Positions 1-11,028 of a DNA stretch of 64,000 bases are shown here, piece by piece. The notes beneath the pieces are model-generated. The model was not told the DNA's origin, ran no database searches, and saw only the letters and a program-made list of their open reading frames with translations. This DNA is from an uncultured delta proteobacterium (lineage in GTDB: Bacteria > Desulfobacterota > Binatia > JACPRU01). The stretch spans positions 288,001-352,000 of the forward strand of contig CAVUWD010000006.1 of NCBI GenBank assembly GCA_963745025.1, in the 5' to 3' direction. The first letter of the stretch is position 1, and each line of letters starts with the position of its first letter. A program made the translations under genes and the position numbers.

Positions 1-427
1 CCGCGAGCGCGACGTTGTTGAAGAAGCAGAAGCCCATCACGCGGTCGCGCTCGGCGTGGTGTCCGGGCGGGCGAACCAGGGCGAATCCGTTGGACACGCG
101 CCGCGCCATCACGGCGTCGACGAGCGCGAGCACGCCGCCGGCGGCTCGGCGCGCGGCGACGAACGTGCCGGCGCACGCCGGAGTGTCCGCGTCGAATGCG
201 AAATGGGCGAGCCGAGCGGTGGCAGCGACGCGCTCGACGTGCTCTGGAACGTGGATACGCGCGAGTTCTTCGACGCTCGCGTCACGAGCGGGAATGCGGA
301 TCCAATCCGGCGAAGGCTCCGATTGGAGGAGCCGGCCGACCGCTCGCAACCGGTCCGGCCGTTCGGGGTGGCCGGCGCCCGTGTCGTGCTCGAGGTAGCT
401 GTCGTCGGTGACGATCCCCGTCTTCAT
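1..427 (-). CDS. Histone deacetylase family (AcuC/HDAC-like) protein, runs off window edge
   Basis: Manual translation from ATG 427: MKTGIVTDDSYLEHDTGAGHPERPDRL...RPPGHHAERDRVMGFCFFNNVA. HPE, RPPGHHA and GFCxFNN motifs present. Not in the ORF track. Confidence 0.93.
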   Translation of the reverse strand, partial: MKTGIVTDDSYLEHDTGAGHPERPDRLRAVGRLLQSEPSPDWIRIPARDASVEELARIHVPEHVERVAATARLAHFAFDADTPACAGTFVAARRAAGGVLALVDAVMARRVSNGFALVRPPGHHAERDRVMGFCFFNNVALA

Positions 428-468
428 GGGCCTTCTCCCCCGGACGAGTCTCCTATAGCCTCGACAGC

Positions 469-747
469 GTGCGGGATCCATCCGACGCCTTCGTAGCGAG
501 CGCCGATGACGAGCACATCCGACACGAGCGTGCCCGAGCCCGGGAGCTCCGACGCAGCCAGTGGTGGAAGCGTCAGCGAGCAAAGGGGACCTGCCACTAC
601 TGCGGTGGCCGGTTTGCAGCGCAGGCGCTCACCATGGATCACATCGTCCCGCTCGTCCGCGGCGGGCGGTCCACCAAAGGAAACGTCGTCCCGGCGTGCA
701 AAGCCTGCAACACTGGGAAGAAGTACAGGCTCCCCTGGGAGCTGTGA
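469..747 (+). CDS. Small HNH endonuclease
   Basis: CHYC...TMDHIVPLVRGG...NVVPACKACN, HNH with Zn-binding cysteines. Confidence 0.9.
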   Translation: MRDPSDAFVASADDEHIRHERARARELRRSQWWKRQRAKGTCHYCGGRFAAQALTMDHIVPLVRGGRSTKGNVVPACKACNTGKKYRLPWEL

Positions 748-873
748 CACCCACCCAAGAGGATCCGATCCGGTAGCGCACGACTTTTCTTCGCCAGCGT
801 CTGGCCGTCGGCGGAGACCGAAGACCGATCGCCATCTGTTGACTGTCGAGCGACGACCGTCGAGTATTGACGG

Positions 874-2261
<1,388 letters not shown>

Positions 2262-2759
2262 CCACTTCGGCAATCTCGAATTCGGTCATTCCGATCGTAT
2301 CGCCGCTACACTCCGCCGAGTACCGATGACCGGGCTCGAGGGGCGGAGCCGGAGAACCCGCAGGAGTCGCCTGCACGAATCCCGGCGGCAGAGAGCCGTA
2401 GCGAAGCTCGAGCACCGGTCGGTCAGGTGCCACGCTGAGCACGCGCCAGAGCTCAGCCGGATACGCCGCCGTGTCGGTCCCGGTCTTCGGGGTCTCGTAG
2501 AACACGCATTCGGTGATCGCCACCGGCGCGTAACCCTTGTTCCAGCGTACCGAAGCTCTTGCGCAGCTCCACCCGCACCGGCTGAACGCGCGGATCGACG
2601 AAGAGATAGTCCGGCGCCGGCGTGCAAGCCGCACCGCTAAACACAGCGGCCGCCGCGCCGCCGAGGACCCACCCCCTGACGTCCATCTCGCTTTCGCTCC
2701 GGGCTTTGTATACTGAGTTTCGTCGCCGCCATGAAGACGCAATGAAAAGACAACGACAA

Positions 2760-2810
2760 GGCTACAGGAAGCGATTCGCGAAGTCTTTCCCGTAGCCTTA
2801 GCCTGTAGCC
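2760..2810. repeat. Heptamer-armed palindromic repeat (GCTACGG/CCGTAGC family)
   Basis: GGCTACAGGAAG...CTTTCCCGTAGCCTTAGCCTGTAGCC. Confidence 0.65.
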
Positions 2811-2832
2811 GATTCTTCGATGGGAGACGATC

Positions 2833-4044
2833 ATGCCCATGCCTCTCGAAGGGATCCGGGTTCTCGATTGGACGATCTGGCAGCAAGGGCCGGTTTGCTC
2901 GGCGATCCTCGGCGATCTCGGCGCCGACGTGATCAAGATCGAAGAGCGCGTCGGCGGGGATCCCGGGCGGGGATTGCTCCGTCTCGCCGGGCTCGAGACG
3001 GGCGACCGGCCGAACTTCTACTTCACGGCCAACAACCGCAACAAGCGTGGCATCACGCTCGATCTAAAAAAGCCCGAAGCGCGCGAGATCATCTACCGCC
3101 TCGCCAAGACCTCCGACGTGTTCGTACAGAACTTTCGCAAGGGCGTCGCCGATCGACTCGGGATCGGCTACGCCGACTTGAAAACGCACAACCCGCGTAT
3201 CATCTACGCGAGCGCGAATGGCTACGGCCCTCGCGGTGCCGAGTGCGCCTCCCCGTCTTTCGATTACCTCGGGCAAGCGCGCTCCGGGATCATGCTCGCC
3301 GCGGGCGAGCCCGACATGCCGCCCTGCGCGATCGCCGGCGGCATCGCCGACCAGATGGGCGCGATCCTGTTGGCCTTCGGCGTGGTCACGGCGCTTCATG
3401 CCCGTGAACGGTTCGGTGTCGGTCAAGAGGTCAATGCGTCGCTGCTGTCGAGCATGATGTTTCTACAGGGGCTGAATCTCTCGGCTCGGCTGATCCTCGG
3501 CAATCACATGCCTCGCGCTTCGCGGAGCTGGACGTTCAACCCGCTGTGGAATCACTACCGATGCGCGGATGATCGCTGGATCGCGCTCGGCATGTTGCAG
3601 GCCGACCGCTACTGGAAGAACTTTTGCCGGGCCCTCGGCGCCGACGGGCTGGCCGATGACCCGCGCTTCCAAGACACGCCGTCACGTATGGCCAACGCGG
3701 GGGAGGCGATCGCGGGATTGGCGGCGGCGTTCGAGAAGAAGCCGCTGACCGAATGGATCGAAATCCTGCGCGAGTCAGGAGACTTCATCTTCTCGCCGGT
3801 GCAGAGCGTCAACGAGCTGCCCGACGACCCCCAGGTCAAAGCCAACGACTACGTCGTCGACTTCGAGCACCCCGCTTTCGGCCCGATCCAGATGATCGGC
3901 ATGCCCTTCCAACTCTCGGCGACACCGGGTGGCATTCGCAGCGCGGCTCCCGAGTTCGGGCAACACACCGAGGAGATCCTCACGCAGGATCTCGGCCTCT
4001 CGTGGGACGAGGTCGCGGCGCTGAAGCAGAAAGAGGTCGTGTAG
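2833..4044 (+). CDS. Class III CoA-transferase (CaiB/BaiF family)
   Basis: LEGIRVLD...GP...LGDLGADVIKIE, NRNKRGITLDLK, DVFVQNFR, APEFGQHT. Confidence 0.95.
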   Translation: MPMPLEGIRVLDWTIWQQGPVCSAILGDLGADVIKIEERVGGDPGRGLLRLAGLETGDRPNFYFTANNRNKRGITLDLKKPEAREIIYRLAKTSDVFVQNFRKGVADRLGIGYADLKTHNPRIIYASANGYGPRGAECASPSFDYLGQARSGIMLAAGEPDMPPCAIAGGIADQMGAILLAFGVVTALHARERFGVGQEVNASLLSSMMFLQGLNLSARLILGNHMPRASRSWTFNPLWNHYRCADDRWIALGMLQADRYWKNFCRALGADGLADDPRFQDTPSRMANAGEAIAGLAAAFEKKPLTEWIEILRESGDFIFSPVQSVNELPDDPQVKANDYVVDFEHPAFGPIQMIGMPFQLSATPGGIRSAAPEFGQHTEEILTQDLGLSWDEVAALKQKEVV

Positions 4045-4047
4045 CAC

Positions 4048-4107
4048 GCTACGGGCTACGGGAAAGACGCATTTGGGTCTTTGCCCGTAGCCCGTAGCCT
4101 GTGGCCC
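4048..4107. repeat. Heptamer-armed palindromic repeat
   Basis: GCTACGGGCTACGGG (4048-4062) is the exact reverse complement of CCCGTAGCCCGTAGC (4084-4098). Confidence 0.8.
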
Positions 4108-4112
4108 TTTTC

Positions 4113-4949
4113 ATGTCGCTCGCTGGCCTACGTGTCGTCTCGTTCGAGAGCCGCCGTTCGGTCGAGATCGCGGAGCTCGTTCGCCGCCACGGCGGAGAGC
4201 CCCGGAGCGCGCCCGCCATGCGCGAGATGCCGCTCCCGGAGAGCCGGGCCGCCAGCGAGTTCGCCGAACGATTGACCCGCGGCGAAATCGACATCGTCAT
4301 CTTCCTGACCGGCGTCGGCACGCGGCTGCTCGTCGAGGCCGTTGCGCCCGCTCTCCCCTCGTCGCGCCTCGCTTCGGCCTTGTCGACGATCATCACGGTC
4401 GTGCGCGGCCCCAAGCCGCGCGCGGCGCTGGCCGAGCTCGGCCTCCGTCCGACGATCGTCGTCCCGGAACCGAATACGTGGCGGGAGCTTCTCGCCGCGA
4501 TCGACGCGCGCGAGTCGGTCTGCGGACGGAGAGTCGCCGTTCAGGAGTATGGCGCAGAAAACCCCGAGCTCATCCGCGGGCTCACCGATCGCGGCGCCAG
4601 CGTCTTCCGCGTGCCGATCTACCGCTGGGCGCTTCCCGAAGACCTCGGGCCGCTGCGCGCGGCGATCGCCGACCTGGTCGCCGGCCGGATCCACGTAGCT
4701 CTGTTCACCAGCGCGATTCAGGTCGAGCACCTCTTTCGGGTTGCGGAGGACGACCAAAGAGACCCGCTGCGCGCGGCGCTCGAGCGGGTCGTCGTCGCCT
4801 CGATCGGGCCGATCTGTACGAAGGCGCTCGCTCTGCATGGCGTGCAGGTGGACCTCGAGCCGGAGCATCCGAAGATGGGGCAGCTCGTACTTGCCGTTTC
4901 CAAGCGTGCCGCGGAGCTGCTTCTGGGCAAGCGCGAAACGCAGCGTTGA
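4113..4949 (+). CDS. hemD: Uroporphyrinogen-III synthase
   Basis: LAGLRVVSFESRR, FLTGVG, RGPKP, IYRWALP, FTSAIQV, SIGPIC. Confidence 0.88.
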   Translation: MSLAGLRVVSFESRRSVEIAELVRRHGGEPRSAPAMREMPLPESRAASEFAERLTRGEIDIVIFLTGVGTRLLVEAVAPALPSSRLASALSTIITVVRGPKPRAALAELGLRPTIVVPEPNTWRELLAAIDARESVCGRRVAVQEYGAENPELIRGLTDRGASVFRVPIYRWALPEDLGPLRAAIADLVAGRIHVALFTSAIQVEHLFRVAEDDQRDPLRAALERVVVASIGPICTKALALHGVQVDLEPEHPKMGQLVLAVSKRAAELLLGKRETQR

Positions 4950-5147
4950 CGCCCGTTTCAGCCGCTCAAATATTCTGCGGAACCATCGGATCTCGGCGAG
5001 AACGGGCGCCGGTGTCGCGTCGCTTCCGCCGTGGTCGGAGTCGGCCTCTGGTTCGTTCGATGCTCGCGTTCTTTCGGAGCCATCCGCGCGACGTGCGTCC
5101 CTGAGACGCAGCTGGACCTTCGATTCGCTTCTTGTCAAAGTACGTCC

Positions 5148-5702
5148 ATGGACGAGTTCGCGGCACCCGCGCTGATCATCGCCATGCCGGACCTGTTCGA
5201 CCCGAACTTTCACCGCACCGTTGTCCTGCTCATCGAGAATAGCGACCAAGGCGCCTTCGGCGTCGTGATCAATCGCGCCGGAGAAAGCAAAGTGCATGAG
5301 ATCTGTTCGGGCTTGAACGTCGACTGGGGCGGCGACGAAGCGGCGACCGCGCTCTTCGGCGGCCCCGTCGGCACCCAGCAGGGCTTCCTACTGCACGGCG
5401 AGATCCCGGACGACGTGGTCGTGAACTCCCGCGAGGTGTCTCCCGGGGTTCGCATCGCTTCGGACATGGAGACGTTTCGTACGCTCTGTCGGCGGCCGCC
5501 GACCGAGTTCCGAATTCTTCTCGGCTACGCCGGCTGGGCACCCGGGCAACTCGAGGTCGAGATGCGCAGCGGAGCGTGGCTGACCGCCCGCGCCGTCCCG
5601 GACCTCGTGTTTCACACACCCCTAGAGTCGATTTGGGAGCGAACGCTGCGCGGCCTCGGCATCGATCCATCGATGCTGGTCGCCGGCAGCGGGGTGCACT
5701 GA
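5148..5702 (+). CDS. YqgE/AlgH (UPF0301) family protein
   Basis: LIIAMPDLFDPNFHRTVVL, GAFGVVINR, GGPV, LGYAGWAPGQLE. Confidence 0.93.
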   Translation: MDEFAAPALIIAMPDLFDPNFHRTVVLLIENSDQGAFGVVINRAGESKVHEICSGLNVDWGGDEAATALFGGPVGTQQGFLLHGEIPDDVVVNSREVSPGVRIASDMETFRTLCRRPPTEFRILLGYAGWAPGQLEVEMRSGAWLTARAVPDLVFHTPLESIWERTLRGLGIDPSMLVAGSGVH

Positions 5703-5909
5703 GGCATTTTCCACCCCCTTCGCCGGGGCGTGGTGATCGGGATCGTCTCGGCGCGCGCGCAGGACCGAGGGAGGATTTGAACGTCCAGTCAGACGTTCGA
5801 ACGCGACCAACGGGAGCCGGGGGCCGTAGGTGTTCGTCCCCAGCACGCGTCGAGACGACCCTTCCTCCCACGAACGGAGAGGGCCGTCTTCGGACTCTGC
5901 GGGGTCCAT

Positions 5910-5951
5910 CGGCTGCTTCCGGCGATTCCTACGGGCCGCCGGAAGCAGCCG
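5910..5951. terminator. 15-bp perfect hairpin spanning the exbD stop codon
   Basis: CGGCTGCTTCCGGCG-N12-CGCCGGAAGCAGCCG. No U-tract, so terminator function is uncertain. Confidence 0.4.
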
Positions 5952-6372
5952 AGGGCGCCTCTTGCTTCTGCGCCGCGATCGAAATCGCTTGTGCCCCTGC
6001 CCGCTTGGCAAGGTCCATGATGCGGACGGCCTCACCGAGCAGCACCGATTGGTCCCCCTGGAGGATCACCAGCTTCTTCGGATCGTCCGCGAGGAGGTCG
6101 TGGAGCGTGGCCTGGAGCTGCGAGACTTCGACCGGCAGCTGATTGACGAAAATCTTGTTGTCGGCGGTGACCATGACCGTCAAGCCCCGCGCCTCTTGCA
6201 CCGTTTGCGTCGCCTTCGGGAGATTCACCTTCGCCGCCGACTCCACCATCACCGAGGTGGTGATCATGAAGATGATCAGCAGCACGAGAAAGATGTCCGT
6301 GAGCGGAGTGATGTTGATCTCCGCCATGAGCCCTTCCCCCGACTCCTCCGCGCTGAACTTACTTAGCGCCAT
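5929..6372 (-). CDS. ExbD/TolR family motor subunit
   Basis: EINITPLTDIFLVLLIIFMIT with the conserved TM Asp; VNLPKA. Confidence 0.94.
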   Translation of the reverse strand: MALSKFSAEESGEGLMAEINITPLTDIFLVLLIIFMITTSVMVESAAKVNLPKATQTVQEARGLTVMVTADNKIFVNQLPVEVSQLQATLHDLLADDPKKLVILQGDQSVLLGEAVRIMDLAKRAGAQAISIAAQKQEAPSAASGGP

Positions 6373-7039
6373 GGACGCCTCCCAGATCGGCGGCCTCGAG
6401 CACCTTGCCGAGCCCGACGCGTAGCAGCGTGTCGAGGTTCCCGATCTTCACCTGCAGGAAGTTGAAGAAGATGACCGCGATGATCGCGACGATGAGTCCG
6501 AGCGCGGTCGCGATCAGCGCCTCGGAGATCCCCGCGGCAACCACGGCAAAGCCGCCCGTACCCATCACCGCCATCTGATGGAACGCCTTGATGATGCCGA
6601 TGACGGTGCCGAAGAGACCGATGAACGGCGCCGAGGCCCCGATCGTCCCGAGGATCCAGACATCGCGCTTCAAGAGCCGTCCTTCGTCGAGCCGGCGGCG
6701 CTCGCCGTACTCGAGGATCTCTTCGATGTCGCCCATGCGGATGAGCGGCAGCAGCCCCAAATAGATGCGCGCCGCCGGTGCTCTGGTCTGGCTCGCTTCG
6801 ATCAGCTTGGAGGCCGAGGTCAGATCCCCCTTCCGCAGGTGTTGGCAAACGTCTTCGGTGAAATTCTGGATCCCACCCGATAGCCCGCGCATCGACCACA
6901 AGCGCTCGATGACGATGCTCGTCATGACCACCGAGAAGAGGATCAGCGGGTAGGTCGCGTACCAACCCTGGTTGATGAGGTCGATCAGATTGATGTTTGC
7001 TGCGGCTCCCGTTGCGGCTGTGGCTGCTGCACCCTCCAT
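6359..7039 (-). CDS. MotA/TolQ/ExbB proton channel subunit
   Basis: APFIGLFGTVIGII...GISEALIATALGL. Confidence 0.95.
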   Translation of the reverse strand: MEGAAATAATGAAANINLIDLINQGWYATYPLILFSVVMTSIVIERLWSMRGLSGGIQNFTEDVCQHLRKGDLTSASKLIEASQTRAPAARIYLGLLPLIRMGDIEEILEYGERRRLDEGRLLKRDVWILGTIGASAPFIGLFGTVIGIIKAFHQMAVMGTGGFAVVAAGISEALIATALGLIVAIIAVIFFNFLQVKIGNLDTLLRVGLGKVLEAADLGGVHGAK

Positions 7040-7127
7040 GGGTCCTCCTTCTTAGCCTCTGTTGAGGCCGCCCCCGTGCGCGCGGCCATTCGCGGTGTGA
7101 TCCGATGGGTTCCGTGCTCGCACGCCC

Positions 7128-9476
7128 TTACCCCTTTGGTACGTTGCAGGCCTTGGCGGCCAGATCCTCGAACCGTTTCTTCGTCGGTCGATCGCGCAAA
7201 TCGGGCCGGAATCCGTCGACCTCCTGGACGCTCTTGCACGCCTCGTCGTTCCGTCCTGCCGCGATCAAACTACCGGCTGTCGACAAGCGGGCTTGGTACC
7301 AGGCCGGCGTCGCCACCTCCTGGAGCATCGCCAGGCGCGCCCAATAGTCCGCCGAGTCCGCCGCGGCGTTTCGCCGGTCGGCCACCATCGCTGCGTTGCG
7401 CAGCACGGTCTTCGATTTCGGCGACTCCGTAACCAGGTCGCGATAGAGCACCGCCGCCTCGTCGAGACGCCCTTGTTCGGCGTAGATCTGCGCGAGGTTC
7501 GACTTGACGTCGCCCGGGATCGGCCGCCCGTCGGCTCTCAGGCGATCGAAAATGTTCGCCGCTAGAGCCGCCCACTTCTGCGCCATCGCGGGATCGGTCG
7601 GGGCGGCATCGGCCGAGGTGCGAAGGAAGTTGTGGGCGATCTTTTCGAGCAGGTCGGCGAAGCCGGCATTCTTCTGCACCGGAGGCAGGCTGGCGACTCC
7701 TTTGGCCGCATCGTCGTAACGACCGAGACCGCTGGCCGACGCGAGACGGAGCGCGGTGGCCAGAAGGTGGAGATCGGTCGCGGACGGATACCGCTTCTCG
7801 AAATCCCGCAGCGTCTCCAACGAGTCGGCCAAGCGCGGCGACGGTCCGACACTCTCACTCATCGCCTTGGCCAACGTCGCGCGCGCTCGAAGCTCCGCCG
7901 TCGCCCCCGACCGGCCATCCGCAGCGACCCGTTGAAAGCGCTCGTAGGCCCGCGCCGCGCGAGCGCGGAGCGGGTCCGCCCACGCCTTCTGCGCATCCTT
8001 CGGCGCATCGGACAGCACGTCTGCGAGGCATTGCAGCTCGGCGGCCGCCGCGCGCACCTCGAAGGCCGGCGGACCCTTGACCCGAGCGAATGCATCGGCG
8101 GCTTCCTGGAACTTTCGCTCGCCTTGCAGGATCTCTCCCCAGCGAAACACTCCTTCGTAGGCATTCTCGTGCCGGGGATAGTTCTTCACGTAGTTTTCGA
8201 CGGCGGCCGTGAACAGGCTGCGCGTCTCGACGGTCGGACGCTCGCGGTAGATCCCTTCCGCCGAACGGAACTGGAGGTACGCCGCTTCGGCAGCCAGCCG
8301 CGACTGCGGCGCGGCGTTCAAGTAGGCGCGAAACTCGCGCTCCGCCTCGGAGTAGCGGTTGAGGCGAAAGTAACAGACGCCGAGGCGATGATGCGCCTCG
8401 TTGGCGTGCTGCCGAGCTCCGGGATCCGTGCTGCGCAGCACCGCCTCGTATGCCGGAATCGCTTCCCGGAACTTGTCCACGCTCGCCAGGTTTTCAGCCG
8501 CGATCCATTCGGCCGACACGGTGTTGCCGAGCAGCTGGCGGGGATCCTTAAGGTGCGAGACCGCGATCTCGTAGACCCGCTTCGACCAGCCCGGCCCGAG
8601 CTCGGAGAGTTGCTGGGCGAGCGCGACCGCTTCGCGTCCCTGCGACTCGCTCATTCCGCCCTTGCCCGCGCTCGCCGCCAGCGCTTCGAGGCGCAGCAGA
8701 CGCATCTGGTTCAGCGCCTCCTCCGGCGTTGCGGACGCCGACGCGTCGGCGAGGAGCTTCTGCGTCTCCGCGAGGGCATCGCTGCCGCCAGACCTCGACT
8801 TCGCCTCGGCCAGTACCAGGTTCGCGGGGCCGTAGAGCGGTGATTCCTTGCCGCGCTCGAGGATGGCCTGCAGGTCGCCGATCGCCGCGCCGCGCTCACC
8901 GAGCTCCATTTCGGCCATCGCACGGCCGAGCAAGCTCTCGCCGCTCATCTTCGGGTCCTGCGCGTAGACGAACTCGGAAAACTCCTTGACGCTCTTCTTC
9001 AGCCACTGCGTGCGCCGCTCCTTGTCCTCGGGATGGAGCATGGCCACCCGGTAGTGGAGCCACGACAATTGCCCGGCCGCCGCGAGCGAGAAGCCGCGAT
9101 CGAGCTGCCACCATTTCTGCTCGTAGAGCACCTCGGGATTGCCGTCCTCAGCGATGATGTCGTTCTGCGCCCTGTCGATCCGACCCTGATGAAAATTGTA
9201 GAGCCGCTCGAGCAGCGGCAGCAGCCCGTCAGCGAGACCAACCGCCGAGGATCGCGCCTCCGCAATCCCGGACCGTTGGGACCGTACCCACGTGTCGTAG
9301 CGATTCGCCACCTCGACGGAGACGTCGGCGAGGTTGCCGAAGAGCGCCTGCTCCTCTTGCTCGCCCAGCTGGCCCGCCACCGCGCGATCCACCTCTTCCG
9401 AGAGCTCGGAGAGCGAAGCCGCATTCGCCGCCGGGACGCGGAGGCCGATGATCGTGAGCAGGAGGGCCGGAATCAT
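7128..9476 (-). CDS. Large exported TPR-repeat protein
   Basis: Signal-peptide-like MIPALLLTIIGLRVPAANAAS; TPR repeats such as AHHRLGVCYFRLNRYSEAEREF; ATGA overlap with the upstream VWA gene. Confidence 0.8.
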   Translation of the reverse strand: MIPALLLTIIGLRVPAANAASLSELSEEVDRAVAGQLGEQEEQALFGNLADVSVEVANRYDTWVRSQRSGIAEARSSAVGLADGLLPLLERLYNFHQGRIDRAQNDIIAEDGNPEVLYEQKWWQLDRGFSLAAAGQLSWLHYRVAMLHPEDKERRTQWLKKSVKEFSEFVYAQDPKMSGESLLGRAMAEMELGERGAAIGDLQAILERGKESPLYGPANLVLAEAKSRSGGSDALAETQKLLADASASATPEEALNQMRLLRLEALAASAGKGGMSESQGREAVALAQQLSELGPGWSKRVYEIAVSHLKDPRQLLGNTVSAEWIAAENLASVDKFREAIPAYEAVLRSTDPGARQHANEAHHRLGVCYFRLNRYSEAEREFRAYLNAAPQSRLAAEAAYLQFRSAEGIYRERPTVETRSLFTAAVENYVKNYPRHENAYEGVFRWGEILQGERKFQEAADAFARVKGPPAFEVRAAAAELQCLADVLSDAPKDAQKAWADPLRARAARAYERFQRVAADGRSGATAELRARATLAKAMSESVGPSPRLADSLETLRDFEKRYPSATDLHLLATALRLASASGLGRYDDAAKGVASLPPVQKNAGFADLLEKIAHNFLRTSADAAPTDPAMAQKWAALAANIFDRLRADGRPIPGDVKSNLAQIYAEQGRLDEAAVLYRDLVTESPKSKTVLRNAAMVADRRNAAADSADYWARLAMLQEVATPAWYQARLSTAGSLIAAGRNDEACKSVQEVDGFRPDLRDRPTKKRFEDLAAKACNVPKG

Positions 9477-10690
9477 CTTCCCGCAGCGAATTTCTCGACC
9501 TCCTTCCTCCACTTCGGCCCGAAGGCAGCGATCATCAGCTGCTCGGTGATCCGGTCGCCTTGACCAATCGGCAACAGCTCACCGCCGCCGAGCCTGGCGA
9601 GATTCGCGCAGTAGGTCTGGAGATCCTTGAGGAACACCGGCATGGGCGAGATCTGGTCTGGCGGGTGGCCGTACATCTTGGTGTAGACCTCGACCTCGTA
9701 GTTGCGGTGCATGATCTCGGCGAGGTCGAGGACGTGGACGATTCCGCCGTTTTGGTGAAACGAGCGAACGAATTCCTCGGTCTGCTGGACCTCCTGCGGA
9801 TGGGCGGGGGAGCTCGGCACGAGCACGATCACCCGGTGCGCGTACTTCCGCCAGTTGATCTGCTGCGTGGCCGTCTTCAAACCGTCCATCACCGCCTCTT
9901 CGTAGTCGCCGCCGCCTCTGGCCTGGATGTTGCCGATGAACGAGCGGAGCTTGTCGAGGTGAAACGTGAGGTCCGATTTGCGAACCACGAACTCCTCGCC
10001 CTTGTCCTTGTAGAGCACGAGGCCGACTCGCGCGTTCGGCACGAGCTTGCGGATCGTATCGACGAGGGTCGCGAGCTGCTGCTTCACCGGGTCGATCACG
10101 AAGTCCATGCTGTCGGTGGCGTCGATCACGAAGACGACGTCGAAGCCGGTCTTCTCGAGCAGGCCGACGAAGTCACCGAACCCGCGCCCGAAGCCTCGCC
10201 CGATCCCCCCACCGAGGCCGCCGCCGGCGCCGATCCCCGGGCCGAGCGCCATGCCACCGCCGGTCGAGCCCATGTTGCGCAGCGCCGAGGCCTGCGGCAG
10301 CGGGTTGATCCTCGGCGCGACCGCGGCGAGCTTCACGCCCACGTCGGAGAGGTCGGGCGTAACTTCGCTGGCGACCTCCGGCAGCGGCTGCACTTGCTCG
10401 ACCGCCTTGGCGATCTCCTCCTCCAGCGACTTCGATTCCTCCGTCCGATTGGTCTGCCGGTCGAGCTCTCCGTGCCCCGAGAGCGTCGAGAACATCTCGC
10501 CCTTCCCTCCCATGCTGTCGCCCGCACCGCCGCCGCCGTCGAGCACGATGGTGGCGACGAAGAAGAGCAGAATCAGCGCGTGCACCGCGATCGAAACGAT
10601 GTACGAGATGCTGGCCTTGAAGTAATCGCGGCGGAGCCAAGGATAGAGCGACGTCAGCGGAGGACGCTTTTTGCGGGTCTCGGCCACCAA
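9473..10690 (-). CDS. Membrane-anchored VWA-domain protein with TonB-like SxxxH transmembrane helix
   Basis: TM IVSIAVHALILLFFV, Gly-rich linker, MIDAS-like VFVIDATDSM, GGGDYEEA. Confidence 0.85.
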   Translation of the reverse strand: MVAETRKKRPPLTSLYPWLRRDYFKASISYIVSIAVHALILLFFVATIVLDGGGGAGDSMGGKGEMFSTLSGHGELDRQTNRTEESKSLEEEIAKAVEQVQPLPEVASEVTPDLSDVGVKLAAVAPRINPLPQASALRNMGSTGGGMALGPGIGAGGGLGGGIGRGFGRGFGDFVGLLEKTGFDVVFVIDATDSMDFVIDPVKQQLATLVDTIRKLVPNARVGLVLYKDKGEEFVVRKSDLTFHLDKLRSFIGNIQARGGGDYEEAVMDGLKTATQQINWRKYAHRVIVLVPSSPAHPQEVQQTEEFVRSFHQNGGIVHVLDLAEIMHRNYEVEVYTKMYGHPPDQISPMPVFLKDLQTYCANLARLGGGELLPIGQGDRITEQLMIAAFGPKWRKEVEKFAAGR

Positions 10691-10802
10691 TCGCGGATAT
10701 TATCAGAGAGGCGTGAGAGGACAAGCCGACGGAAGGCGGCTGCCGGCTACGGACTGACGGCTAACCTCGATCCGAAATTTCTTCTGTAACCTGTGTAACC
10801 TG

Positions 10803-10932
10803 AACGCGGTGGGCTCGCGCCTGGCTTGTCCGCCACGAGCTTCTTTCTCGAAGCGTTCCATGCCCCAAAAGACGGCATCGTGGTAGACTTGGCGCTCGTG
10901 ACGCGGCCTGCGCCAGGCGCGAGCCCCGCGTT
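10803..10932. repeat. Long imperfect inverted repeat (REPIN/MITE-like or structured RNA)
   Basis: GGGCTCGCGCCTGGC (10811-10825) pairs with GCCAGGCGCGAGCCC (10912-10926); inner CACGAGC/GCTCGTG and ATGCC/GGCAT stems. Confidence 0.6.
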
Positions 10933-11028
10933 TCGCCCCGCCGGTTGATTTTGCTTCGGGGCTAACGACTTCCGGCTACCGCGCGAAGCTCCACGAAGTC
11001 TTGACCGGTAGCCGGTGGCCGGAAGATC

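Noticed and set aside
469-747. HNH nuclease as a defence or mobile-element gene
   Set aside because: A small standalone HNH among housekeeping genes with no partner genes.
5941-5951. GGAAGCAGCC resembling the SRP RNA motif
   Set aside because: The preceding conserved SRP loop sequence is missing; it lies inside the exbD coding end and forms one arm of a hairpin.
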